A DNA stretch of 64,000 nucleotides from an uncultured Candidatus Rokubacteria bacterium (GTDB lineage: Bacteria > Methylomirabilota > Methylomirabilia > Rokubacteriales > CSP1-6). Location: contig CAVVEU010000008.1 of NCBI GenBank assembly GCA_963747235.1, forward strand, positions 384,001-448,000, in the 5' to 3' direction. Below, piece after piece: positions 1-11,097 of this stretch. Numbering within the stretch: position 1 is the first letter of the stretch; each line of letters starts with the position of its first letter. The position numbers and the translations under genes were made by a program. Below the pieces are notes generated by a model. The model had not been told where the DNA came from, ran no database searches, and saw nothing but the letters and a program-made list of their open reading frames with translations.

Positions 1-484
1 CCCGGACGGCCGGGACACGCTCTTCGGCACCATCTGCCGCAACATCGACGAGGAGCGCCGCGCGATGCGGGATGGCCTCGCGCCCGGCCAGGTGCGGCGC
101 GGCCTGCGCCTGCTCTCCCGCGTGCTCGACGCGATGGAGGGCTTCTGCGCGCTCATCGGCAAGGAGATCTACCTCATCGAGCCGCTCTTCTACCACTCCG
201 CGATCCTCTACGAGCGCCGGGGCTGCGGCTACCTGATGGGGCGCGACGTGATGGAGTCGATCCACGCCGGCTTCGGGGACGGCGGCCCGCTGCTGGGGGC
301 GCTCGACGCCTCCTCCGCCTTCCGCGCTCCGGAGGCCGCGCGGAGCGTGCGCGGGCGGAGCTGGGCCATCCACGACGGCGTCGGCGACGGGCTCTGGGCC
401 GGTGGGGCGGTGGGCGGAGTGAAGATGTACAAGGTGGCCGGCCGGCAGGCGGGGATCAACACCTTCCCGGGCGCGACCTACTGA
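1..484 (+). CDS. Conserved hypothetical protein, 5' end outside window
   Basis: Frame reads ...FGTICRNIDEERRAMRDGLAPGQVRRGLR...EPLFYHSAILYERRG... to TGA 482-484; typical codon bias; no function recognised. Confidence 0.7.
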   Translation, partial: PDGRDTLFGTICRNIDEERRAMRDGLAPGQVRRGLRLLSRVLDAMEGFCALIGKEIYLIEPLFYHSAILYERRGCGYLMGRDVMESIHAGFGDGGPLLGALDASSAFRAPEAARSVRGRSWAIHDGVGDGLWAGGAVGGVKMYKVAGRQAGINTFPGATY

Positions 485-512
485 GCCCGAACCGCCGGGA
501 TATACTGTCCCG

Positions 513-1761
513 GTGACCAGACCGACGCCACCGCGGCTGCCATCGTCCACTACCACGAGATCAGCCTCAAGCGCGGTAACCGGCCGCTCTTCCTCCGCCA
601 GCTCCACCAGAACCTGCTCCGCGCGATCGGCGACCTCGGGCCGGTGGAGCTGGTCCAGCTCTCCGGGCGCATCATGCTCGATCTCTCGCGCCACCCGGCG
701 CCGCACGCTCCTGCCCGAGCGGCTGGCGCGGGTCGCGGGCGTGGCCAACTTCGCCCTCGCGATCCGGACCGGCGTCTCCCGCGAGGCGCTGCGGGCCGCG
801 GTGGAGCAGGCGATCGCGGGCCGCGTCTTCGGCTCCTTCCGGATCACCGCCCGGCGCGCCTTCAAGACCTTCCCGATGACCTCGGTGGAGCTCAACCGCG
901 ACCTGGGCGCCCACGTGCTCGCGCTGCGGCCCGACGTGCGGGTGAGCCTCGAGCATCCGGAGCTGAACGTGCGCGTGGAGGTGCTGCCCGACGAGGCCTT
1001 CGTCTACTGCGACCCGCAGCCGGGCGCGGGCGGGCTGCCGGTGGGCACGGGCGGGACGGTGGCCGCCCTGCTCTCGGGCGGCATCGACTCGCCGGTGGCC
1101 GCGTGGCGCCTCATGCGGCGCGGCTGCCGGGTGGTCTTCGTGCACTTCCACAGCGCGCCGTACCTGCCGGATCTCTCGCGCGGCAAGGCCCGCGAGCTCG
1201 TGGCGCGCCTGACCCAGTGGCAGTACCACTCGCGCCTGTTCATCGTGCCCTTCGGCGAGATCCAGCGGGAGGTCGTGCTGGCGGTGCCGCCGCCCTTCCG
1301 CGTCGTGGTCTACCGCCGGCTGATGGTGCGCATCGCGGAGCGCCTGGCGCGGCACGCGGGCGCGCTCGCGCTCGTCACCGGGGAGAGCCTGGGGCAGGTG
1401 GCCTCGCAGACGCTCCACAACCTGACGCGCATCGACGAGGCGGCCGCGATGCCGATCCTCCGGCCGCTGATCGGCATGGACAAGATCGAGATCACCGGGC
1501 AGGCCCAGGCGCTCGGAACCTACGAGATCTCCATCGAGCCGGACGCGGACTGCTGCACGCTCTTCACGCCGCGGCATCCCGCCACCCGGATGGAGGCGGA
1601 TGCGGTCGCGGCGCTGGAAGCGCGGCTCGACTCTCGAGCGCCTCGTGACCCAGGGCGTGGAGGCGGCCGAGCAGGAGCTGTTCGAGTTCCCCGCCGGGGC
1701 GGGCCCGTACCCGCCGCGCGGCGCGGCCCGCCGGCCCCTGACGGAGCCCGTCTCCGAGTGA
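513..1761 (+). CDS. thiI: tRNA 4-thiouridine synthase ThiI (THUMP + PP-loop, no rhodanese domain), frameshifted
   Basis: IVHYHEISLKRGNR N-terminus, GGLPVGTGG, LLSGGIDSPVA PP-loop, TGESLGQVASQTL, RPLIGMDK, DCC; indels near 530, 705 and 1635. Confidence 0.93.
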
Positions 1762-3141
1762 CCACGAACCTGACCTTCCTCGGGGGGGCCGGGGGCACGG
1801 TCACCGGCTCCAAGCACCTGCTCGAGAACGGAGAGAGCCGCGTCCTCCTCGACTGCGGCCTCTTCCAGGGCCTGAAGGAGCTGCGCCGGCGCAACTGGGC
1901 GCCGCCGCCGGTGGACCCGCGCACGCTCGGCGCGGTGATCCTGAGCCACGCTCACATCGATCACTCGGGCTACCTGCCGCGGCTCTGCCGCGACGGCTTC
2001 ACCGGGCCGATCTACTGCACGCCGGGCACGGCCGATCTCCTCAAGGTGATGCTGCCGGACGCGGCGCATCTCCAGGAGGAAGAGGCCGAGTTCGCCAACC
2101 GGCACCACACCAGCAAGCACGACCCGGCGCTGCCGCTCTACACGACGGAGGACGCCGCGCGCGCGCTCGCCCAGGTGAAGCGCGTGGACTTCGGCCACCC
2201 GTTCACCGCCACGCGCGGGGTCGAGGCGCGCTTCACCCCGTCCGGGCACATCCTGGGCGCGGGCCTCGTCACGTGCGAGATCGGCGGCCGCCGGCTCGTG
2301 TTCTCCGGCGATCTCGGCCGCTACGACGTGCCGATCATGGTGGATCCCGAGCCGGTGGCCGAGGCCGACGTGCTGCTGGTGGAGTCCACCTACGGCAACC
2401 GGGTGCACCCGCCCGACGATCCGGCCGACCGGCTGATCGCGGCGGTGCGCCGGGCGGTCGACCAGAAGGGCTGGCTGCTCATTCCCGCCTTCGCGGTCGG
2501 CCGCTCGCAGGAGATCCTCTACGATCTGCGCGAGCTCGAGCAGCGCCGGGCGATCCCGAGCCTCCCGGTCTTCCTCGACAGCCCCATGGGCATCCAGGCC
2601 ACCGCGATCTACGCGGCCCACACCGAGGAGCACGACCCGGCGCTCGCGCGGGTCGTGGCGGGCGGCGCCGCGCCGTTCGCCCCGCGGCAGTTCAAGCTCT
2701 CGCGCACGGTGGAGGATTCCAAGAGTCTGAACGACACCGCGGGGCCCGGCATCATCGTCGCGGGCAGCGGCATGGCCACCGGCGGCCGCATCCTCCACCA
2801 CCTCAAGCGCCTGCTGCCGGATCCGAAGACCACGGTGCTCTTCGTCGGCTACCAGGCGGCGGGCACGCGGGGCCGGCTGCTGAAGGACGGTACCGCCGAG
2901 ATCCGGATGCTCGGCGCGGTGGTCCCGGTGCAGGCCACGATCATGGTGAGCGACGCCTACTCCGCCCACGCCGATCGCGAGGAGATCCTGCGCTGGCTCG
3001 GCGGGTTCAAGCGCCCGCCCGGGCATGACGTACGTCGTGCACGGCGAGGCGGACGCGGCGGAGGCGCTGCGGGACGCGATCGCGACCCGCCTCGGCTGGA
3101 ACGCGGCCGTCGCCCAGGACGGCCAGCGCGTGACGCTCTGA
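1758..3141 (+). CDS. Beta-CASP metallo-beta-lactamase RNA-processing nuclease (YSH1-like)
   Basis: LTFLGGAGGTVTGSKHL, DCGLFQG, SHAHIDHSG, GHILG, ESTYG, SGMATGGRILHH, SAHAD; frameshift near 3020. Confidence 0.92.
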
Positions 3142-4519
3142 GCGGGCGCCCTCCGTCCTGGGCGTATCGCGCGGTCCGGGCGCTGGCCCGGCTCCTCACC
3201 GCCGTCTTCTATCACCGGGTGGACGTGATCGGCGCCGAGCGCATCCCGCGCGCGGGTCCGCTCATCGTGGCCGCCAACCACCACAACGCGCTCGTGGACG
3301 GGGTGCTGCTGCTGGCCACGCTGCCCCGCCGCCTCGTCTCGGTGGCCAAGGCGCCGCTCTTCTCCAATCCGCTGATCGGGCCGTTCCTCCGGCTGATCGG
3401 CGCGCTGCCGGTTCACCGCCGGCAGGACGGCGGCACCGATCCGGCGCGGAACGACCGGCTCTTCGCGGCCTCCACCGCGACTCTCCGCGGTGGCGACGCG
3501 ATCCTGATCTTCCCCGAGGGCGTGAGCCAGCCCGAGCCCACGCTGATGCCGCTCCGCACCGGCGCCGCCCGCATGCTGCTCGCCGCGGAGGCGGATGCGG
3601 TCGGGCCCGTGACGCTGCTGCCGGTCGGGCTCATGTTCCACGAGCCGGGCACGTTCCGCACCGGTTGGGCCCTGATCGCGGTGGGCCTGAGCCGGTGGAG
3701 ACCGCGGACCAGGTGGCGCTCGCGAAGAGCCAGCCCGAGGAGGCGGCGCGCCGTCTCACCGCCCGGCTCGGCGAGGCGCTGCGCGGCCTCATCGCGGAGG
3801 TGGACGATCGCGAGACGCTCCGGCTGGTCGAGCACGCGGAGCGGCTCTGGCGCCAGGAGCGGGACGGGGGCGCGCCGCGCGACGCGGCCGCGAGCGCCGA
3901 CTGGCGCCGCCGCGCCACGCGCGCCTATCGCTATCTCATCCACCACGACCCGGCCGGGATCGAGATCCTCCGGGGGCTGGTGGAGCGCTACGTCAAGGAC
4001 GTGGAGGCCGCCTCCCTCGGCACCGCGGTCGGGCTCAGGCCGCCGGGCGCGCGCGTGGTGCTGCCCTACGCGGTGCGCCAGCTCGCGATCCTGCTGGGCG
4101 GCCTGCCGCTCGCGCTCTGGGGCCTGGCCAGTCACGCGGTGCCGTACTGGCTCACGTGGGCGGCGGCGAAGCTGCTCCGGCCCGCGCCGGACGTGGAGGC
4201 CACCTACAAGCTGGTGGCGGGCGTGGTCATGTATCCGCTCGCGTGGATCGCCGAGGGCTGGCTGCTCTGGCGGTGGGGCGGCGGGTGGCCGCTCGCGCTC
4301 TTCGCCCTCCTGCTCATCCCGGGTGGCTTCTTCGCGCTCGCGTGGAGCGAGCGGCTGCGCCGCCTCTATCGCGAGAGCCGCGCGCTGCTCCGGCTCCTGG
4401 TGGACCGCGACCTCGGGCGGCACCTGGGCGGGCGCCGGCGGGCCATCCTGGACGAGATGGAGCGCGCGGTGGCGCGCGTGCCCGAGCCGGTGCTGGCCGG
4501 CCGCGAGGAGCCTAGCTGA
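3138..4519 (+). CDS. Lysophospholipid/glycerol-phosphate acyltransferase family membrane protein
   Basis: ANHHNALVD (HxxxxD) and IFPEG motifs; frameshift near 3690 joins a hydrophobic C-terminal half (3665-4519 frame). Confidence 0.85.
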
Positions 4520-5755
4520 TGAACGTGCGCGCGATCGTGGCCTGGACGCTCTACGACTTCGCGAACTCCGCGTTCGCGGCGGTGATCTTCGCCACGATCT
4601 ATGCCGCGTACTACGCCCTCGGGGTCGTCGGCAACGAGGGCGGGGCGGGGGATCTCTGGTGGGGACGCGTCGTCTCCGTCTCCATGGGGCTGGTGGCGCT
4701 GACGTCGCCCTTCCTGGGCGGCGTGGCCGATCGCGCGGGCATCCGCCGGCCCGCTCTTCATCGGCTTCACCGCGGTGGCGGTGGCCGCCACCGCGCTCAT
4801 GACCACGGTGGAGCCCGGGATGATCGTCTGGGGCTTCGTGCTGGGCGTGATCGGCAACTTCGCCTACGAGAGCGCGCTCGTCTACTACAACGCCTACCTG
4901 CCGGACCTGGCCCCGCCGAGCCATCAGGGCCGCGTGTCGGGCTGGGGGTTCGCGGTCGGCTACGCGGGCTCGATCGCGGCGCTGCTGGCCGCGCTGCCCT
5001 TCGTGCGCGCCCGCAACTACGAGGGCGCCTTCCTCGCGACGGCCGCGCTCTACGCGGTCTTCTCGCTCCCCGCCTTCTTCCTGCTCCCGGCGGCGCCGAG
5101 CGGCCGGGTGCCGGTGCTGCGGGCCGCGCGCGAGGGCGCGGCGCAGGTGGTGGCCACCGCGCGCCGGATCCTGGCCCTGCCGGACCTGCGCCGCTTCCTG
5201 GGCGCCTACTTCATCTACGAGGACGGGGTCAACACCGTCATCGCCTTCTCGGGCATCTTCGCGGCCCAGACGCTCGGCTTCCCGATGGAGCGGCTCATCG
5301 TCGCTCTACATCGTGGTGCAGATCTCGGCCCTCATCGGCGCGCTCGCCTGGGCGCGGCCGACCGACGTGCTCGGCCCGCGCCGGGTGGTGATGATCACCC
5401 TCTGCCAGTGGTCGGCCGTCGTGGTCGCCGCCTACTTCGTCGAGACCCAGGGGCAGTTCTGGGTGCTGGCGGTGGTGGCGGGCACCGGCCTCGGGGCGGT
5501 GCAGGCGGCGAGCCGGGCGTTCCTGGCCCGTCTGGCGCCCCCGGGGATGCAGGCCGAGCTGTTCGGCTTCTACTCGCTCTGCGGCAAGAGCGCGGCGGTC
5601 ATGGGCCCGCTCGTCTTCGGCGGCATCTCCCACGCGGCGGGGGGCAATCAGCGGGCCGGCATCCTGGCCATCGGCTCCTTCTTCGTGATCGGCCTCGCCT
5701 CTGCCTCTCGCGAGTCAAAGCCGGCGGGAAAGCCCCACCGGTAGCGTCGTCTTGA
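4519..5755 (+). CDS. MFS transporter, UMF1/Atg22-like family
   Basis: WTLYDFANSAF, YYNAYLPDLA, GAVQAASRAFLA, ELFGFYSLCGK; split over three frames. Confidence 0.88.
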
Positions 5756-5781
5756 CACTCAACCCCGACGGAGCGTAAGGT
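5752..5781 (+). promoter_or_regulatory. Sigma70-type promoter of rpiB-glyA-nrdR
   Basis: TTGACA (5752-5757), 18-nt spacer, TAAGGT (5776-5781), 6 nt before the GTG start. Confidence 0.55.
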
Positions 5782-5787
5782 TGGCGC

Positions 5788-6254
5788 GTGGTTTCCACCA
5801 TCGCCCTCGGAGCCGATCACGCCGGCTGGGAGCTAAAGGAAGCCCTCAAGGGCTGGCTCATGGACCACGGCTACCAGGTGCTCGACTTCGGCACCCACTC
5901 CCCGGACTCGGTGGACTACCCCGACTACGCGGCCCTGGTGGGCGAGTCCGTGGCCGATCGGCAAGGTGGAGCGCGGCGTCCTGGTCTGCGGCACCGGCAT
6001 CGGCATGACCATCGCCGCCAACAAGGTCCCGGGCGTCCGCGCGGCCCTCTGCGGCGACCTCTACACCGCGCGGATGAGCCGCGAGCACAACGACGCCAAC
6101 GTGCTCGTGCTGGGCGGCCGGCTGATCGGGCGCCGACATGGCGGCGGACATCCTCCAGGCGTGGCTCGAGACGGACTTCGCGGGCGGCCGCCACGCGCGC
6201 CGGGTGGAGAAGATCGCCGACATCGAGCGGCGGCATCCGGAGCGCCGGTCGTGA
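5788..6254 (+). CDS. rpiB: Ribose-5-phosphate isomerase B
   Basis: [56 protein letters not shown]; two indels. Confidence 0.95.
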
Positions 6255-7500
6255 GCCACCTCGAGCAGGTCGATCCGGAGATCGCCAAGGCCATCCGGGA
6301 CGAGACCGAGCGCCAGTCGCGCAACCTCGAGCTGATCGCGTCCGAGAACTTCGTCTCCGAGGCGGTGCTGGAGGCGGTGGGCTCGGTGATGACGAACAAG
6401 TACGCCGAGGGGTACCCGGGCAAGCGCTACTACGGCGGCTGCGAGATCGTGGACATCGCCGAGGAGCTGGCGATCTGCCGCGCCAAGGAGCTCTTCGGCG
6501 CCGAGCACGTGAACGTGCAGCCGCACTCGGGATCCCAGGCCAACATGGCGGTGTACTTCACGCTGCTCAAGCCGGGCGACACCGTGCTGGGCCCGAACCT
6601 GGCGCACGGCGGGCATCTCACCGCCGGGAGCCCGATGAACTTCTCGGGCCGCTTCTACAAGATCGTCCCCTACGGCGTCACCAAGGACACCGAGCGGATC
6701 GACATGGACCAGGTGCGCGACCTGGCCCGCGCGCACCGGCCGAAGCTGATCATCGCGGGCGGCTCCGCGTTCCCGCGCGCCATCGAGTTCAAGCCGTTCC
6801 GCGAGATCGCCGACGAGGTCGAGGCCGTGCTCATGGCCGACATCGCGCATCCGGCGGGTCTGGTCGCCGCGGGGCTGCATCCCGTCGCCGGTGCCGTACG
6901 CCGACTTCGTCACCACCACCACCCACAAGACTCTACGCGGCCCGCGCGGCGGCATGGTGATGTGCCGGGCGCAGTACGCGAAGGATCTCGACCGCACCGT
7001 GCTGCCCGGCATCCAGGGCGGACCGCTGATGCACGTGATCGCGGCCAAGGCGGTGGCCTTCCGCGAGGCCCAGACGCCAGGAGTGGCGGGCGTACCAGGC
7101 GCAGATCGTGAGGAACGCGCAGGGCGCTCGCCGAGGCGATGCTGGCCCGCGGCTTCCGGCTGGTCTCGGGCGGCACCGACACGCACCTGCTGCTGGTGGA
7201 TCTCACCTCCCGCAACGTCACCGGCAAGGACGCGCAGGAGACGCTCGACCGCGCGTGGATCACGGTCAACAAGAACGGCATCCCCTTCGACACCAAGGGC
7301 CCGATGGTCACGAGCGGTATCCGCATCGGCACGCCCGCGGTGACCACCCGCGGCATGAAGGAGCCCGAGATGGCGCGGATCGCGGAGCTGATCGACCGCG
7401 TGCTCTCCCGTCCGGGAGACGGCGCGGTGGAGGCGACGGTGCGGACCAGGTCCAGGAGCTGACCTCGCAGTTCCCGCTCTACCCGGAGCGCCTCAAGTGA
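6251..7500 (+). CDS. glyA: Serine hydroxymethyltransferase
   Basis: [54 protein letters not shown]; several indels. Confidence 0.97.
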
Positions 7501-8000
7501 AGTGCCCGTTCTGCGGCCACACCGAGGACCGCGTGGTGGACTCGCGCGTCGGCCGGGACGGGGAGTTCATCCGCCGGCGCCGCGCCTGTCTCAAGTGCAA
7601 CCGCCGCTACACGACCTACGAGTACATCGAGGACGTGCTGCCCCACGTGGTCAAGCGCGACGGCCGCCGCGAGCCCTTCGACCGCCAGAAGCTGCGCGGC
7701 TCGATCCTCAAGGCCTGCGAGAAGCGCTCGGTGGGCGTGCAGGCGGTGGACGACGTGGTCGCCGACATCGAGGCCAAGCTGCACGACCGGGCCGAGAAGG
7801 AGATCACGAGCCTCGAGCTGGGCGAGATCGTGATGGAGCATCTCCAGAAGCTCGACCAGGTGGCCTACGTGCGGTTCGCCTCGGTGTACCGCCAGTTCAA
7901 GGACATCTCCCAGTTCATGGACGAGGTCAAGCACCTCATCAAGGACGACAAGCCTGCGAAGGTCGCGCCCGCGAAGCCGAAGGCCACTGCCAAGCGGTAG
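7497..8000 (+). CDS. nrdR: Transcriptional repressor NrdR
   Basis: MKCPFC...VVDSR...IRRRRACLKC zinc ribbon, ATP cone, VAYVRFASVY. Confidence 0.97.
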   Translation: MKCPFCGHTEDRVVDSRVGRDGEFIRRRRACLKCNRRYTTYEYIEDVLPHVVKRDGRREPFDRQKLRGSILKACEKRSVGVQAVDDVVADIEAKLHDRAEKEITSLELGEIVMEHLQKLDQVAYVRFASVYRQFKDISQFMDEVKHLIKDDKPAKVAPAKPKATAKR

Positions 8001-8007
8001 ACCACCG

Positions 8008-8039
8008 CTCACCCTGCCCTCTCCCCTGAGGGAGAGGGG
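8008..8039 (+). repeat. REP-like palindromic repeat, copy 1
   Basis: CTCACCCTGCCCTCTCCCCTGAGGGAGAGGGG, a hairpin nearly identical to the reverse complement of 14464-14496. Confidence 0.85.
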
Positions 8040-8049
8040 GATGAGGAGG

Positions 8050-8930
8050 GACGGCTCTTGTAGTCGTCAGCGCCACGCCGGCGATCACGCCGCAGGCGCC
8101 GATCCAGTGGTACCAGCGGATCGGCTCGCCCACCATGCAGCCAGGACAGCCCCAGCACCAGGAACGGGATGAGGTTGCGTGAACACCGCGGCCCGTCCCG
8201 GCCCCACCGTCCGCACCGCCTGGTAGAACGCGATGTGGGCCGGCGTGCCCAGCAGGGAGCTGTAGAGCACGACCACCACCGCGATCCACGAGGCCCCCGC
8301 GAAGCTCTGCCAGGGCCGCTCCAGGAGGGCCAGCGGGAGCAGCAGGCCCGCCGCCACCACGTGGGCGCCCGCCAGCACCTGGAGCGGCGAGAAGGTGGAG
8401 CGGTTGGCGCGGCTGTAGAGCGTGTAGGTCACCCAGAGCATCTGGGAGACCAGGATGATCACGTCGCCCCGGTTGGCCGATAGCGTCCGGAGGACCTCGA
8501 GCGACCCCCGCGCGATCGTCAGCACCACCGCGGCCATCGTGAGCGCGATCCCGGCCAGGTTGAGGGTCGACAGGCGCTCGCGCAGCATCGCGGAGGCGGC
8601 GAGCGCCACCACCACCGGCGCCGCCGCGCCGAGGATCCCCGCGTTGGCGGGGGTCGTGAACATCATGCCGGTGTACCAGAGCGTGGAGTTCCCCACGAAT
8701 CCGGAAACGCCCAGCACGATCACCGCGGTCAGGTCGCGACGGGCGAGCGGCGGCAGCGGGCCCTCGAGGATGCGGGAGGCGAGCACGAGCAGCGGCGCGG
8801 CGATGAGCGCGCGCAGGGCCGCGAGCGTGAGCGGGCCGAGCTCGGAGAGGCCGAGCTTGGCGAGGGGGAAGTTGCCGGCCCAGATGAGGGCCACGACGAA
8901 CAGGAGGAGGTAGGCGTCGCGATGGGTCAC
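8050..8930 (-). CDS. DMT/EamA family transporter (3' end uncertain)
   Basis: IWAGNFPLAK, two hydrophobic EamA repeats, VGPGRAAVF then NLIPF...GEPI in a shifted frame. Confidence 0.88.
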
Positions 8931-8941
8931 GGGAGATGGAA

Positions 8942-8989
8942 CGGCCCTGCCGGGATGGGGCCGACAGGGCCGAGCGCCACGAATGGCGC
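8942..8989 (-). terminator. Two hairpins after the micropeptide: GCGCCA-UUCG-UGGCGC then a 12-bp GC stem
   Basis: Minus strand reads GCGCCATTCGTGGCGC then CGGCCCTGTCGG-CCCCATC-CCGGCAGGGCCG followed by TTCCATCT. Confidence 0.65.
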
Positions 8990-8990
8990 C

Positions 8991-9032
8991 TTACTTCTTC
9001 TTTTTCTTCTTCGCGGCCTTCTTCTTCGCCAT
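8991..9032 (-). CDS. 13-aa lysine-rich micropeptide MAKKKAAKKKKKK
   Basis: ATGGCGAAGAAGAAGGCCGCGAAGAAGAAAAAGAAGAAGTAA, preceded by SD GGGAGGGGGGTGA, with its own promoter and terminator hairpins. Confidence 0.75.
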   Translation of the reverse strand: MAKKKAAKKKKKK

Positions 9033-9083
9033 GTGTGTCACCCCCCTCCCGATCCCCGCGCGTCCGGCGGTCGATCTGTCCGG

Positions 9084-9112
9084 ACTCTAGGGGAGGGCCA
9101 AAAAGGTGTCAA
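9084..9112 (-). promoter_or_regulatory. Sigma70 promoter for the micropeptide
   Basis: Minus strand TTGACA-17 nt-TAGAGT. Confidence 0.7.
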
Positions 9113-9152
9113 GGACAAAATACCGGATGGAGGGGTCATGGGGCGCTGCAGG

Positions 9153-9167
9153 CCCCATATCTTGGGG
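9153..9167. promoter_or_regulatory. NrdR-box-like imperfect palindrome
   Basis: CCCCATATCTTGGGG resembles the CwAtATmTwG core; about 40 nt upstream of the -35 above. Confidence 0.4.
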
Positions 9168-9192
9168 GGCCCATGTCTGAACGCGAGGACGG

Positions 9193-9873
9193 CTAGGTCT
9201 TCTCGAGCGCGGAGGACGGCTTGCGATGCTCGCGGCGCTTCACGTACTCCTGGTTGAGCGGCACGCCCTTCTTGCAGAGCGGGCAGGTCTCCGTGGTGTA
9301 CGTGGGGAAGTCGCGGCTCACCAGGCTGAAGATCTCCTTGCCGTCGATCACCGACTTCTTGGTGCGCCGCCACAGGGCGCCGATGCCGATCACCTGGCCG
9401 CCCAGCTCCTCCACGAGCTGGGAGAGCAGCCGCACGGTGGTGCCCGAGCTCACCAGGTCCTCCACGATGAGCACCTTGGTCCCGGTGCGGATGAAGCGCT
9501 GGAACTCGACGGGCAGGCTCACCCGGCGCTTGCCCGCGCTGACCCCCTTGGTGCCGTAGGCCAGGGTGGGCCGGGAGGGATGGGCGCGGGCCACGCAGTG
9601 CGACAGGATCAGGGCGCCGGGCCCGGTGGAGAGCACGACGTCGATGGGCCACTGCGCGAAGTGCTTGGCGATGACCGCGCCGAGCCCCTCCGTGAAGGAG
9701 GCCTCGGTGGTGACCAGGGTCTTCTCGATGTACTCGCTGGTGTGGTGGCCCGACGGCAGCAGGACGTGATCGTTGGCGTGGTAGGCGCCGGTGCGCTTGA
9801 GGATCTCGAGGTGGATCTTCTCCCGTACCTCGGCGTCCATCTGCGTGTTGGATTGTCGCGGCGGCGGGGCCAT
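9193..9873 (-). CDS. Orotate phosphoribosyltransferase-like type I PRTase
   Basis: HVLLPSGHHTSEYIEK, PRPP loop VLIVEDLVSSGTT, C-terminal CPLCKKG. Confidence 0.8.
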   Translation of the reverse strand: MAPPPRQSNTQMDAEVREKIHLEILKRTGAYHANDHVLLPSGHHTSEYIEKTLVTTEASFTEGLGAVIAKHFAQWPIDVVLSTGPGALILSHCVARAHPSRPTLAYGTKGVSAGKRRVSLPVEFQRFIRTGTKVLIVEDLVSSGTTVRLLSQLVEELGGQVIGIGALWRRTKKSVIDGKEIFSLVSRDFPTYTTETCPLCKKGVPLNQEYVKRREHRKPSSALEKT

Positions 9874-9942
9874 CAGTCGTTCCAGGATGACGGCCGGGGC
9901 GCGGCGTGTCAACTCGAAAGTGGGCGTGCTAGACTGCCGCGC

Positions 9943-10628
9943 ATGAGGCTGCTGGCGCTCGAAACCGCCACGCTCGCGGGCGGGGCCGCGCTGCTCGAGG
10001 ACGGGCACCTCGTCGGCGAGAGCCGGCTCAACATCGCGCTGACGCATTCCGAGCGGCTCATGGCCGTCGTGGACCGCCTGCTGCAGGACTGCGGGTGGGA
10101 CGTGGCGAGCCTGGACGCTCTCGCGGTGTCCATCGGGCCGGGCTCGTTCACCGGCCTGCGGGTCGGCGCGGCCACCGCCAAGGGGCTGGCCCTGGCGCTG
10201 GAGATCCCGGTGGCGCCGGTGCCCACCCTCGACGCGCTCGCCGCCACGCTGCCCTTCGCGGACGCGGCGGTGTGCCCGCTGCTCGCCGCGCGCCGCGACG
10301 AGGTCTACTGCTCGCTCTATCGCTGGACCGGTGACGGCCATGGAGCGGCAGTGGGACTACCTGGCGCTGCCGCCCGAGGCGGTCGGCCGCGCGCCTCGAG
10401 GCGCCGGTGATCGTGCTGGGCGACGGGGTCGCGGCCTGCCGGCCGTTTCTCGCCCGGCTCGGGCCCGGGCTGCGCGAGGCCGATCCCGTGCATTCCTTGC
10501 CGTCCCCGGCCGCGGTGGGCGCGCTGGGCCACGCGATCCTCGCCGCGGGCGGGGGCATCCCGGCCGAGCGGCTGACGCCGCTCTACCTGCGGCCCTCCGA
10601 GGCCGAGCTCCGGGCGCGTCATGCGTGA
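9943..10628 (+). CDS. tsaB: t6A biosynthesis protein TsaB
   Basis: MRLLALETAT, HSERLM, SIGPGSFTGLRVG, PLYLRPSEAE; indels near 10335-10400. Confidence 0.93.
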
Positions 10629-11097
10629 GGCGCCGCCCGCGGACGTGACGCTCGAGCCGATGACGCTCGAGGACCTGGACGACGTGCTGGTGATCGAGCG
10701 CGCGTCGTTCCAGACCCCGTGGTCCCGCGGCGCGTTCCGCTACGAGCTGACCCAGAATCGCGTCGCGCGGTGCTCGGTGGCGCGCTGGCAGGGCCGGCTC
10801 GTCGGCTACCTCTGTCTCTGGGAGATCGGCCACGAGATCCACGTGACCAACCTGGCGACGCATCCCGACGTCCGCCGCCACGGCGTGGCGCGCGCGCTGC
10901 TGGGCGCGGTGCTCGACGACGCCCGGGGGCGCGCGGTGACCCTGGCCTTCCTCGAGGTGCGGCCCACCAACGCGGAGGCCCTCGGGCTCTACGAGCGCTT
11001 CGGCTTCCGGGTCATCGGCCGGCGCAAGGGCTACTACTTCGACACCGGCGAGGACGCCCTGGTGATGGAGGCCCGCCTGAGCGGGGAGGTGCTCTGA
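10621..11097 (+). CDS. rimI: Ribosomal protein S18 alanine N-acetyltransferase
   Basis: IERASFQTPWS, FLEVRPTN, RRKGYY...EDALVM; follows tsaB. Confidence 0.93.
   Translation: MREAPPADVTLEPMTLEDLDDVLVIERASFQTPWSRGAFRYELTQNRVARCSVARWQGRLVGYLCLWEIGHEIHVTNLATHPDVRRHGVARALLGAVLDDARGRAVTLAFLEVRPTNAEALGLYERFGFRVIGRRKGYYFDTGEDALVMEARLSGEVL

Noticed and set aside
513-4802. 1429-aa ORF suggesting a ThiI-nuclease-acyltransferase fusion
   Set aside because: Artefact of indels joining three genes; each has its own overlapping start/stop (GTGA at 1758, CTGA at 3138).
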